Shown piece by piece: positions 29,380 through 38,653 of a stretch of DNA of 64,000 nt. The notes below the pieces were generated by a model. The model was not told the origin of the DNA. It saw only the letters and a program-made list of their open reading frames with translations, and searched no databases. The DNA comes from Acidimicrobiia bacterium. GTDB taxonomy: Bacteria > Actinomycetota > Acidimicrobiia > Spongiisociales > ZC4RG35. Location: positions 27,453 through 91,452 of the forward strand of contig OY762464.1 in NCBI GenBank assembly GCA_963665765.1. The letters run 5' to 3'. The stretch's first letter is position 1. Every line of letters begins with the position of its first letter. The translations under genes and the position numbers were made by a program.

Positions 29380-30447
29380 ATGCCCACCTTGGCGATAACC
29401 GGACTGGCCAACACCGGCAAAAGTTCGTTGTTCGCGGCCTTGACCGGGCGATGGCAGGGAGTCGCACCGTTTCCCTTCTCCACCACCGAAACCCGGATCG
29501 GCATGCTTTTTATCGAGGACCCGATGTTGAGAGAACTGGGGCGGTTGGAGGGTTCCGCCCGAGTCACCCCGGCCGCTTTGGAGGTGGCGGACACCCCGGC
29601 GCGCAACCGCTCGGGAGGGGAGACCGACACCGAGACCATCGGCAGGCTCCGTCAGGCGGACTGCCTGGTGGTGGTGCTGCGCTCCTTTTCAGATCCGGTG
29701 GCGCCCGATCATGAGTCGGGGGGCGATCCCGCCCGACAGGCCCAGGACACCGTCGTGGATCTGGCGATCAACGACGCCGAAGTCTTCGAGAGAGCCCTTC
29801 CCCGACTTCGCAACCAGGCCACTTCCCGTCCCGAACGGCGTCCGGCCTACCGGGCGGTGGCCCGGGCAGTGGAGATCGCCCGAGAGGGAATGCTGTTGAG
29901 ATCGGAGGAGTGGTCGGAGAGCGAACTGACCGCGCTGGCGGACTTTGCTCCCCTCACTCTCAAGCCGGTGGTGTGGGTGGTGAACGTTGCGGAGGGCGCC
30001 CTCTTCGCCCCGCCCGGTCGAATGCTGCCTACCGTGCCCGTCGGCGACGGAGTGGTGGACTTGAGCCTGGCGTTGGAGGCCGAGGCGGTGGCGCTTGATC
30101 TCGAGGATCGGGCGGAGATGCGGGAGGCATTCGGATTGGGCGAGGGGGCGGCCTCCGATCTTGGCCGGGCGGCGTTGGAAGCCCTCGGACTCTGCACCTT
30201 TTTCACCGCCAACCGCCGGGAGACCCGGGCGTGGTTGACTCGGCGAGGGTCAGGGGCCCGGGAGGCGGCGGGGAGAATCCACTCCGATATGGAACGCGGT
30301 TTCATCAGGGCCGAGGTGGCGAGCGCCCGCAGCGTGATCGAGGCCGGGGGATGGGACTTGGCCCGCCAAAGAGGCCTGACCCGGGTGGAAGGACAGGACT
30401 ATGAAATCCGGTCCCGTGACGTTCTCCAGATCCGGTTCTCAATCTAG
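29380..30447 (+). CDS. Divergent YchF-like P-loop NTPase (TGS/DUF933)
   Basis: GLANTGKS, PFSTT, NVAE, AGRIHSDMERGFIRAEV, EGQDY..DVLQIRF. Confidence 0.85.
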   Translation: MPTLAITGLANTGKSSLFAALTGRWQGVAPFPFSTTETRIGMLFIEDPMLRELGRLEGSARVTPAALEVADTPARNRSGGETDTETIGRLRQADCLVVVLRSFSDPVAPDHESGGDPARQAQDTVVDLAINDAEVFERALPRLRNQATSRPERRPAYRAVARAVEIAREGMLLRSEEWSESELTALADFAPLTLKPVVWVVNVAEGALFAPPGRMLPTVPVGDGVVDLSLALEAEAVALDLEDRAEMREAFGLGEGAASDLGRAALEALGLCTFFTANRRETRAWLTRRGSGAREAAGRIHSDMERGFIRAEVASARSVIEAGGWDLARQRGLTRVEGQDYEIRSRDVLQIRFSI

Positions 30448-30488
30448 ATAGGGCGAGAATCCCAACCGATCAAGTAATGTAACCGGGA

Positions 30489-32708
30489 GTGTTTCCCATT
30501 CTGGCCGCGGCTGACTCCGAGGGGTTCGCCCTTCTTGATGAACATCAGCTGTTCGTGTTTTTGGTGCAGTTGGTCCTGTTGGTGGGCACCGCCCGTTTCA
30601 TGGGTGGCGTCGCCAACAAGCTACGGCAACCACCGGTGGTGGGTCAGCTATTGGCGGGGGTGCTGATCGGCCCCAGCGTCCTGGGCCGATTCTATCCGGA
30701 CACCTTCGAGTGGATCTTTTCGGACTCCACGGTGGGTTCGGTGACCTACGGACTGGCGTGGCTGGCAGTGATCATGGTGTTGGTGGTGATCGGATACGAA
30801 ACCGATCTGGGCATCATCGCTCGCCTCCGCCGGGCGGCGATCAACGTTTCCGGGGGAGCGCTGCTAGTCCCCCTGGTGTTGGTGGGAGTGGTGGCGCTTC
30901 TGACTCCGTCCTCTTTCATTGGAGATCAGGGCAGGGGACTGTACGCGGCCTTCATGGCGCTGGCTCTATCGGTGGCGGCCTTGCCGGTGGTGGCCAAGAT
31001 ACTGCAGGACCTGGGAATGCTGCGCCGCAATTTCGGCCAGGTGACCTTGGCGGTGAGCATGACTATGGATTCGGTTGGGTGGCTTATCCTGGCCGGGTTG
31101 GCCGGCATCGCCCAGGAGGGGTTTGAACCCAGCCGGATGCTCACGTCGCTGGGAGGTCTGGTGCTGTTCGTGGCCTTGGCCGCCACATTGGGCAGGTGGC
31201 TTCTCAACCAGGCGATGCGCTTGGCGCTACGAGGGGGATCCAACCTGCGGGCGGCGCTCACCGTCAGCCTGGTGTCCGCCATCGGGGGCGGCGCCATCAC
31301 TCATGCCCTGGGGCTGGAAGCGATCCTGGGCGCCTTCATAGTGGGGATCATTCTGGCCACTCTGCGCTATCAGATGGTGGGGGTCCCCCACATTCTGGAG
31401 ACGGTGACCGATTCGTTTTTCGCCCCCATCTTCTTTGCTTTCAGCGGACTCCGGGTCGATATCTGGCTGTTGGCCAGCCCCAGCGCCATTATCTGGACGG
31501 TGGTGTTGATCGTGCTGGCGGTGGCCGCCAAGATGTTCGGTGCTCTGGTGGGCGCCCGCCGGGCCGGTCTCAGCTTCAAGGAGGGACTGGCGCTCGGATC
31601 GGGCCTCTCGGCGCTGGGCGCCATGGGCATCGTGGTCGCCCTGGTGGGGCTGAGCCTGGGCGTTGTCAGCGACACCGGCTACACCGTGATCGTCCTGGCC
31701 GCCATTGTCACCTCGCTCATCGCCCCGATCATGCTGAAAATGGCGGTGCGAGGCATGGAGACCGGAGCGGAAGAACAATCTCGCCTGGAGTCGGAAGCCA
31801 TCCGATCGCAAGCCCAGATTCTGGGATCGGAGCGGATTCTCCTTCCCACCCGAGGAGGCGCCAACACCGTCTACGCCGCCAACCAGTTGAAGCATCTGTT
31901 CCCCGATGCCGAGATAACGGTGCTGGTAGTCACCGGTCACACCGGCAGTTGGTGGAAACGGCAGCTGGGAGTCCGAGGGGAGGAAGACCAGGGTCCCGAG
32001 GAGGTAATGGAGGCGTTGGGATCAGATCGTCACCGGCTGATCCGACGCAAGCGGCGGGATCCGGCCGAGGCAATCCTCAACGAGGCGGTGCTGGGGTACG
32101 ATCTGGTGGTGCTGGGCGCCAGCGAGCGCACCCAGGAGGGCGAGGTTTTCTCCACGGTGATCGACCGGGTGCTGGCCAGACTGGAACTGCCGACGCTGAT
32201 CTTTCGCTACCCGACCCACGACGGACAGGGCAGCCTCCCCGACGAGGCATCGCTCGACGTTAGCCGGGTGATGTTGTCCCTGGAATCGAATCGGGCTTCC
32301 CGCGCCGCCGAGGAGGTCGCTTATTCCCTGGCCGCCGGCAACGACGGCCTGGTTTTTGCTTTGCACCTGATTACCGAAGTCGCTGACGGGCCGTTCAACT
32401 TCGACATGCTGAGCAGCGCCGAGAATTACCGAGCGGGTTTGGAGATGGCGGAGGAGTCGGTGGTATTCGGGGAACGACTGGGGGCGAGGGTGAACACCGA
32501 CGTCAAACCGGTCTCCCAGCCGGAAGGGGATCTGGTGAACACTGCCAACCGCGGAAACTGGGACCTGCTGGTGATGGGTGCCACCAGCCGACCTCTGACC
32601 AGCCGACCCTTCTTCGGCTACGGTATGTCATACGTTCTCAAATATGTGACGATTCCGATGGTGATAGTGGCCATGCCCGACACCATGTCCCGATACAAAC
32701 CCCACTAG
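30489..32708 (+). CDS. CPA2 cation:proton antiporter with C-terminal USP-like domains
   Basis: QPPVVGQLLAGVLIGPS, FAPIFFAFSG; YDLVVLGA and WDLLVMGA USP motifs. Confidence 0.88.
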   Translation: MFPILAAADSEGFALLDEHQLFVFLVQLVLLVGTARFMGGVANKLRQPPVVGQLLAGVLIGPSVLGRFYPDTFEWIFSDSTVGSVTYGLAWLAVIMVLVVIGYETDLGIIARLRRAAINVSGGALLVPLVLVGVVALLTPSSFIGDQGRGLYAAFMALALSVAALPVVAKILQDLGMLRRNFGQVTLAVSMTMDSVGWLILAGLAGIAQEGFEPSRMLTSLGGLVLFVALAATLGRWLLNQAMRLALRGGSNLRAALTVSLVSAIGGGAITHALGLEAILGAFIVGIILATLRYQMVGVPHILETVTDSFFAPIFFAFSGLRVDIWLLASPSAIIWTVVLIVLAVAAKMFGALVGARRAGLSFKEGLALGSGLSALGAMGIVVALVGLSLGVVSDTGYTVIVLAAIVTSLIAPIMLKMAVRGMETGAEEQSRLESEAIRSQAQILGSERILLPTRGGANTVYAANQLKHLFPDAEITVLVVTGHTGSWWKRQLGVRGEEDQGPEEVMEALGSDRHRLIRRKRRDPAEAILNEAVLGYDLVVLGASERTQEGEVFSTVIDRVLARLELPTLIFRYPTHDGQGSLPDEASLDVSRVMLSLESNRASRAAEEVAYSLAAGNDGLVFALHLITEVADGPFNFDMLSSAENYRAGLEMAEESVVFGERLGARVNTDVKPVSQPEGDLVNTANRGNWDLLVMGATSRPLTSRPFFGYGMSYVLKYVTIPMVIVAMPDTMSRYKPH

Positions 32709-32724
32709 TCGCAACTAGCCGCAA

Positions 32725-33228
32725 GTGCGCCGGTACCTGGTCGATCTGCTGGGAGACTGGGGGGTGTCCGATCCGGTGGCGGTGGCGCTCATTTCGGCTC
32801 TGCCGGTGCTGGAGTTGCGCGCCGGTATTCCGCTGGGTCGGCTGGTGCTGGAGATGGACTCTCTTCCGACCTGGATCTGGTCGGTGGTCGGCAATCTGGC
32901 GCCCCTTCCCCTGGTGTTCCGTCTGCTGAGGATTTGCGACCGGTATTGCACCGCCGACCGGTGGGGGTGGATGCGCCGTCTGCTCGACCGGCTCTATGCC
33001 CGCACCCGCCGCCGTCACACAACCTGGTTCGCCCGCCTGCGGGATCTGGCCCTGGTGGCCTTGGTGGCCATCCCTCTGCCCCTCACCGGAGGATGGACGG
33101 GCGTGCTGGCCGCCTTCGTTTTCGGGGTTCCCTTCCGCCGCGCTTTTTGGCTGATCGCGGCGGGGGTGATGGTGGCCGGAACGGCGGTTCTGTTGCTGGT
33201 GAACGCCGGGCAGATCATCTGGAACTGA
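32725..33228 (+). CDS. Small multidrug export protein (COG2426)
   Basis: LPVLELRAGIP, VAIPLPLTGGWTG. Confidence 0.85.
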   Translation: MRRYLVDLLGDWGVSDPVAVALISALPVLELRAGIPLGRLVLEMDSLPTWIWSVVGNLAPLPLVFRLLRICDRYCTADRWGWMRRLLDRLYARTRRRHTTWFARLRDLALVALVAIPLPLTGGWTGVLAAFVFGVPFRRAFWLIAAGVMVAGTAVLLLVNAGQIIWN

Positions 33229-33362
33229 GAAACGACCTATTCGGTCGCAGCCACCGGCCGCCCCTGGGTTGGAATTGCCCCGATCAAAACCCGCTCGGCC
33301 TCGGGCCGCGGCTATGATTTCAAGCGGGACGACCGTAAACCGATCTTTGGAGGAGAGACAGT

Positions 33363-34565
33363 TTGTCTTCCATAATTTTTGAGGGAGTGAGAAAAGTATA
33401 TCCGGGGGGCACTCTGGCTATCCATGATGTGAGCATCGAGGTGGACGACGGGGAGTTCGTGGTGCTGGTGGGTCCCTCGGGATGCGGGAAATCCACCCTC
33501 CTGCGGATGGTGGCCGGGCTGGAGGAAATAACGGAGGGGTCGCTTCGTATCGGCGACCGGGTGGTGAACGACGTCTCGCCCAAGGACCGGGACATCGCCA
33601 TGGTTTTCCAGAACTACGCGCTCTATCCCCATATGAGCGTGTTCGACAACATGGCCTTCGGATTGAAAATGCGCCGTATGCCTCGGGAGAAGATCCGTCG
33701 CCGGGTGGCGGACGCGGCGGCCATCTTGGAGATTTCCGAGCTCATGGATCGGAAGCCCAAGTCGCTGTCGGGTGGGCAGCGCCAGCGGGTGGCGATGGGA
33801 CGGGCCATCGTGCGGGAGCCGGCGGCATTCCTGATGGACGAACCACTGTCGAACCTCGACGCCAAGCTGCGGGTGCAGATGCGCTCGGAGTTGGGGATCC
33901 TCCACAAGCGCCTCAAGACCACCACCTTGTACGTCACCCATGATCAGGTGGAGGCCATGACCATGGGAGACCGGGTGGCGGTGCTGCGCAAAGCCGGCGA
34001 ACAACAGACCAACCTACAGCAGATCGATACTCCCAGAGTGCTGTACGACCGTCCCGCCAATCTGTTCGTGGCCGGATTCATCGGATCTCCCTCCATGAAC
34101 TTCGTGTACGGGAAGATGAAGACCCGAGACCATGGGCTGGTCCTCGCCTTCGCTGATGAGCATATTCCTCTCCCGAACTCGGTTCTCGCCAACCGCCCTT
34201 CCCTGGCTTCCCACATCGACACCCAGGTGGTGGTGGGCATCAGACCGGAAGCCTTCGAGACCCATCCCTCGTCACAGGCATCTTCGGGGGTGGCCGCCAT
34301 CGAGGCCGAAGCCACCCTGGTCGAGCAGTTGGGATCCGAAGCGTACGTCCACTTCAGCAAGCCGGCCCCTCCGGTCATCACCCCCGACATCCGGGAGCTC
34401 TTGGAAGATGAGGGAACCGACATCTCCTCGCTGGGAGACCGGACCAAATTCGTGGCGCGGGTCGATCCCGATTCGGCGCCTTCGGCCGGAGGTCGAATCC
34501 GGCTTCGGGTGGACGTCTCCAAGCTGCACTTCTTCGACGACCGCACCGGAGCGTCCATCGGCTGA
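33363..34565 (+). CDS. Stand-alone sugar ABC ATPase (MsiK/UgpC family)
   Basis: GPSGCGKS, LSGGQRQR, DEPLSNLDA; TOBE domain; no adjacent permease. Confidence 0.93.
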   Translation: MSSIIFEGVRKVYPGGTLAIHDVSIEVDDGEFVVLVGPSGCGKSTLLRMVAGLEEITEGSLRIGDRVVNDVSPKDRDIAMVFQNYALYPHMSVFDNMAFGLKMRRMPREKIRRRVADAAAILEISELMDRKPKSLSGGQRQRVAMGRAIVREPAAFLMDEPLSNLDAKLRVQMRSELGILHKRLKTTTLYVTHDQVEAMTMGDRVAVLRKAGEQQTNLQQIDTPRVLYDRPANLFVAGFIGSPSMNFVYGKMKTRDHGLVLAFADEHIPLPNSVLANRPSLASHIDTQVVVGIRPEAFETHPSSQASSGVAAIEAEATLVEQLGSEAYVHFSKPAPPVITPDIRELLEDEGTDISSLGDRTKFVARVDPDSAPSAGGRIRLRVDVSKLHFFDDRTGASIG

Positions 34566-34587
34566 CACCCGGGCGGAGGGTAGGGGA

Positions 34588-35904
34588 CTATGCCTCGAGA
34601 ACCCTCCAAGTGGCGCGCTCCGAGCGGGCCTTTTCGACGTTCACCAGGCTCAACAGCACAAATCCCAACCCGAAAAAGATCACCAAGGACAAAACCGCCG
34701 GTCGGCTCGAACCGGTCACTTGGCGGAAAGTGGCGAAGATGATCGGGCCCCAGATGGCGGAGAACTTGGTGAACACCGAGAAGAAGCCGAAAAACTCGGC
34801 GGAGGCCTGTTCGGGGATGATCGATCCATAGAGGCTGCGGCTGAGGGCCTGGGTGCCGCCCAACACCATTCCGATCACCATTCCCAGGGCCAGCAGGGGA
34901 TAGTTCTGTCCCACCGGTAGGTAGTAGGCGGCGACCAGCACCCCCGTCCAGATCACCAGGGCAAAGGAGATGGAGCGTTTGGGTCCGATCCGGTCGGACA
35001 GGCGTCCGAACAGAAGCGCCCCGAAAAAGGCCATGAACTGCACCACCAGCAAGACCAGGGCAATAAAAGAGGTGCTGATCTCAAGGGTTTCGGAAGAGTA
35101 GATGGCAGAGATGTTTATAACGGTCTGCACCCCGTCGATATAGAAGATGTAGGCCACCACGAACAGCAGCAGATGTCGGTGTCCCGAGAGGTTGCGACAG
35201 GTCCTCCAGGTGCGGCTGAAACCGAGCCGCAAATGATTGCGGTGACCCATTTGTTCTCGGTGGTCGCCGGTTCTCGCTCGGGTTTGGTCGACCTCCTGCA
35301 GGCGACCGAATGCGTACCAAGAAAAACCCGCCCACCAGATGCCGGAGCCTCCGATGGACAACCGGGCGGCCAGGGACTCCGACACGCCCAAGTTTTCGGA
35401 GTAGAAGATGAACACTATGGCCAGCAGCAGATAGATACCGCCGCCTATGTAACCGAGAGCATATCCCTTGGAACTGACCCGATCGATGGTGTCGTCGGTG
35501 CTGATGAGGGGAAGCATGCTGTCGTAGAAGACGTTGGCCGCCGCCAATCCGAAATGGGCGGCCAGGAATATGACGATGGCCGGCAGCACATCACCGGTGG
35601 AAACGAACGTGAAACAGGTGACGAACACGGCGCCGCCGTAGGCGCAAACCCTCAGGAACCGGAGGCGCTGGGCGCGGTAGTCGGCAATCGCTCCCAGCAC
35701 CGGGGTTATCAGAAAGAGCACCAGGGAGATGAGCCCCACCATGTATCCCCACAGAGACTCGGCGCTCAGGCCCAACCAGCCCTCCTCGGGAACGATCACC
35801 GAACCGAAATAGGCGGGAAGAACGCCCACCGTGATCACGACATAGCCCGAATTGGCCCAGTCATACATCGCCCACCCCAAAAGGGTGCGTCGGTCGTTTC
35901 TCAT
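34588..35904 (-). CDS. MFS transporter (BtlA/Atg22-like)
   Basis: WAMYDWANS, NVFYDSML, QALSRSLY..EFFGF. Confidence 0.9.
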   Translation of the reverse strand: MRNDRRTLLGWAMYDWANSGYVVITVGVLPAYFGSVIVPEEGWLGLSAESLWGYMVGLISLVLFLITPVLGAIADYRAQRLRFLRVCAYGGAVFVTCFTFVSTGDVLPAIVIFLAAHFGLAAANVFYDSMLPLISTDDTIDRVSSKGYALGYIGGGIYLLLAIVFIFYSENLGVSESLAARLSIGGSGIWWAGFSWYAFGRLQEVDQTRARTGDHREQMGHRNHLRLGFSRTWRTCRNLSGHRHLLLFVVAYIFYIDGVQTVINISAIYSSETLEISTSFIALVLLVVQFMAFFGALLFGRLSDRIGPKRSISFALVIWTGVLVAAYYLPVGQNYPLLALGMVIGMVLGGTQALSRSLYGSIIPEQASAEFFGFFSVFTKFSAIWGPIIFATFRQVTGSSRPAVLSLVIFFGLGFVLLSLVNVEKARSERATWRVLEA

Positions 35905-36078
35905 CCGATTTAAAGAATACGCCCGGGCGGACGCCCTCTCGGAACGGAGGCGGGTGGCATCGCTTCCTGACCCACAACCACCATCCGCTAGTCTTGGCTT
36001 GATCCGACCTCCGCCGCTTGGGGGCCGGGCACCAACTATGACGGCTGTCCTTTTCCCTGCTCACCACCGCGGAGCGCC

Positions 36079-36909
36079 ATGGCCATATTCCTGGCCGGTC
36101 TGACTTCCCTTTTATACGGGTTGTGCGATTTCGCCGGGGGGTTGGCCACCCGCCGAGCCCCGGTGCTGGCGGTGACGCTGTGGGCCAATCTGGTGGGTTT
36201 GGCGATCGCGGTCTTCATATCGGTGATGCATTACCTGGTGATCGGCGACACGGTCACTCTATCCGATCTCGTCTGGGGAGCGGTGAGCGGGGTGGCTGGA
36301 GTAGCCGGACTCGCCTTGTACTTCCAGGGGATGGCCAAGGGCCGGATGGCGGTGGTGGCGCCCGTATCGGCTGTCACTTTGGCGGTGGTTCCCCTGGTGT
36401 TCGGGGTGGTGACCGGCGAACGCTACGGCCTGCAGTCATGGGCGGGAGTGGCATTGGCCCTGCCCGCCCTGTGGCTCACGGTATCCCAGCGCCGGCGATG
36501 GGATCGTTCGGGAAAAGCGATCTACGGCGTGATATCGGGGCTGACCTTTTCGCTCTTTCTAATCGGCATCGCCCAGACTTCGCCCGAGGCCGGGTTGTGG
36601 CCTTTGATCGCAGTCAGAGTGGGAGGACTCAGCCTGCTGGCGGTATTGGTGACGATCCGCAGAGTTCCGGTTGTCTTGCCGAGCGACGCCCGTCCACTGG
36701 CTTTGCTGGCCGGGGGCGACATTCTGGCCAATCTCACCTATCTCTTGGCGGTTCGGATCGGCCCGTTCGGCCTGGTGGCCGTGGCGTCCTCCTTCTACCC
36801 GGTGGTGATCGCCGTGTTGGCCCGGACAGTGGAGAAAGAAAAGATGCCACCCTCCCGGATGGTGGGATTGAGTTTGTCGGTGATCTCGTTGGCGCTCATC
36901 GCCCTCTGA
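36079..36909 (+). CDS. DMT/EamA transporter, copy 1
   Basis: YGLCDFAGG, GRMAVVAP, SFYP; about 10 TM. Confidence 0.88.
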   Translation: MAIFLAGLTSLLYGLCDFAGGLATRRAPVLAVTLWANLVGLAIAVFISVMHYLVIGDTVTLSDLVWGAVSGVAGVAGLALYFQGMAKGRMAVVAPVSAVTLAVVPLVFGVVTGERYGLQSWAGVALALPALWLTVSQRRRWDRSGKAIYGVISGLTFSLFLIGIAQTSPEAGLWPLIAVRVGGLSLLAVLVTIRRVPVVLPSDARPLALLAGGDILANLTYLLAVRIGPFGLVAVASSFYPVVIAVLARTVEKEKMPPSRMVGLSLSVISLALIAL

Positions 36910-37067
36910 GACAGAACCGACCGACCGCTTCGACGAGGGAGCGCCACTTGGACTGATGTCCACCCGGAGCACAACCCCACTAACCTCCGCTTGGCCCCCG
37001 ATCCGGATCGGGGTCTGCTATTTCTTATGCTCGCTTTCGCACACTCCCTGCCTCTCTCCGGCGCACC

Positions 37068-37898
37068 ATGGCTATTCTGCTGGCCGGACTGACCTCGGTC
37101 TTTTACGGGGTCTTCGACTTCGCGGGAGGAATAGCCACCCGCCGGGCCCCGGTGTTCGCGGTCGCTTTCTGGTCCAACGTCACAGGTCTGGGTCTTTCTA
37201 TCCTCATTGCCGTAACCCATCATCTTCTGGTGGGCGCTTCGGTCACTGCCACCGACTTCGCCTGGGGTCTTGTCAGCGGGGTGGCCGGCGTCACCGGGGT
37301 GGTCTTCTATTTCCAGGGTCTGGCCAAGGGTCGGATGGCGGTGGTCTCACCGGTGTCCGCCGTCACTCTCTCCCTGGTGCCCTTCCTGTTCGGGTTGGTG
37401 ACCGGTGAACGCTACGGCCTGCTGTCGTGGATCGGAGTGGCGTTGGCCATGCCGGCGCTGTGGCTGACCGTGTCCGCCCGGCAGACCAGAAACCGCCCGG
37501 CCAAGGCCGCCTACGGGTTGGCGGCCGGTCTGGCCTTTTCCTTGGTCTACATCGGTATCGCCCAGATCTCACCCGACGCCGGCTTGTGGCCGCTTTTGAC
37601 TTTCAAATGCGGTGGACTTGCCTCGATATGGATTCTGGTGAAGATCCGCCGGGTGCCGCTTGGCCTCCCTCGGAGGGAGCGCCTGCTGGCCTTTGTGGCC
37701 GGCGGCAGTGTCCTGGCCAACCTCACCTACCTGGTGGCGGTGCAGATCGGACCGCTGGGCCTGGTGGCCGTGGCCTCCTCGTTCTATCCGGGGGTGGTGG
37801 CGTTGCTCGCCTTTCTGGTGGACCGAGAAAGGATCCCGCCCTCCCGGCTCACCGGACTGGCCCTCTCGGTGGCCGCCCTGGCGATGATCGCACTCTGA
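37068..37898 (+). CDS. DMT/EamA transporter, copy 2 (tandem paralog)
   Basis: Same 276-aa length and near-identical motifs as copy 1. Confidence 0.88.
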   Translation: MAILLAGLTSVFYGVFDFAGGIATRRAPVFAVAFWSNVTGLGLSILIAVTHHLLVGASVTATDFAWGLVSGVAGVTGVVFYFQGLAKGRMAVVSPVSAVTLSLVPFLFGLVTGERYGLLSWIGVALAMPALWLTVSARQTRNRPAKAAYGLAAGLAFSLVYIGIAQISPDAGLWPLLTFKCGGLASIWILVKIRRVPLGLPRRERLLAFVAGGSVLANLTYLVAVQIGPLGLVAVASSFYPGVVALLAFLVDRERIPPSRLTGLALSVAALAMIAL

Positions 37899-37913
37899 AC
37901 AAACCCCGGCGGT

Positions 37914-38354
37914 TCAGCGCAGCACCAGCCGAGCCCCCAGGATCAGGAACATGATGCCCAAGAGCTTGGTCAGGGTGATCTCTCGGACAGAGGCCCCCAG
38001 CCATCCGAAGTGATCGATGATCGTCCCGCCGGTCAACTGGGCGGTCACCAACAGCATGGAGCCGGCCAACACCCCCACCCGGGCCACCGTAAAAGCAATA
38101 CTGCTGATTATCACGATACCGGCGAGCCCCGCCAGATACAGATAGGGTGGAACGTCCTGCCACTCGGCGAGAGACGGGCTTCTGATCAGCAGGAGGACCA
38201 GCGCCATCACCACGGCCCCCACCACAAAATTGGAGGCAGTGCCGGCCAGCATTCCCACTCTTTGTTCCAATTCTCCCATCATCTGGCTCTGTACGGCTGC
38301 CACTATCCCTCCCAGCAATCCGAATAGCACCACGCCTGCCGCACTCACTGTCAA
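37914..38354 (-). CDS. DMT transporter, YdcZ/DUF606 family
   Basis: AVQSQM, AQL..IIDHFGWLG. Confidence 0.82.
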   Translation of the reverse strand: MTVSAAGVVLFGLLGGIVAAVQSQMMGELEQRVGMLAGTASNFVVGAVVMALVLLLIRSPSLAEWQDVPPYLYLAGLAGIVIISSIAFTVARVGVLAGSMLLVTAQLTGGTIIDHFGWLGASVREITLTKLLGIMFLILGARLVLR

Positions 38355-38451
38355 ATGAGCCTAACGGAATGCCGCTCCGGGTTATCAGATTGCTTTTGCC
38401 GCCGCCCGACCACCCCGGGTATTAGTGTTACAAAACGTAAAGCCGGTAACG

Positions 38452-38620
38452 CGACGCGGGAGAGTCTCGTCAGGCGAGACGCCGAAGGGGCAAACCTCCC
38501 GGGAATCTCTCAGGCAAACGGACCGCGTCGAAGAGGCAGTGCTGAAGAGGGCGGGCAGCCGCCGCCGAAGGAGCAAGCTCCCCCCGGGGAGCGAAACTCT
38601 CAGGTACACAGGACAGCAGG
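38452..38620 (+). promoter_or_regulatory. Tandem glycine riboswitch
   Basis: Two aptamers with GAGAG/GAAGAG..CCGAAG..GCAA..CTCTCAGG; P1 CGACGCGG/CCGCGTCG; directly upstream of gcvP. Confidence 0.93.
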
Positions 38621-38653
38621 GAGAGTAGGCCACCGCGTCCCGAGGAGGTGCCC

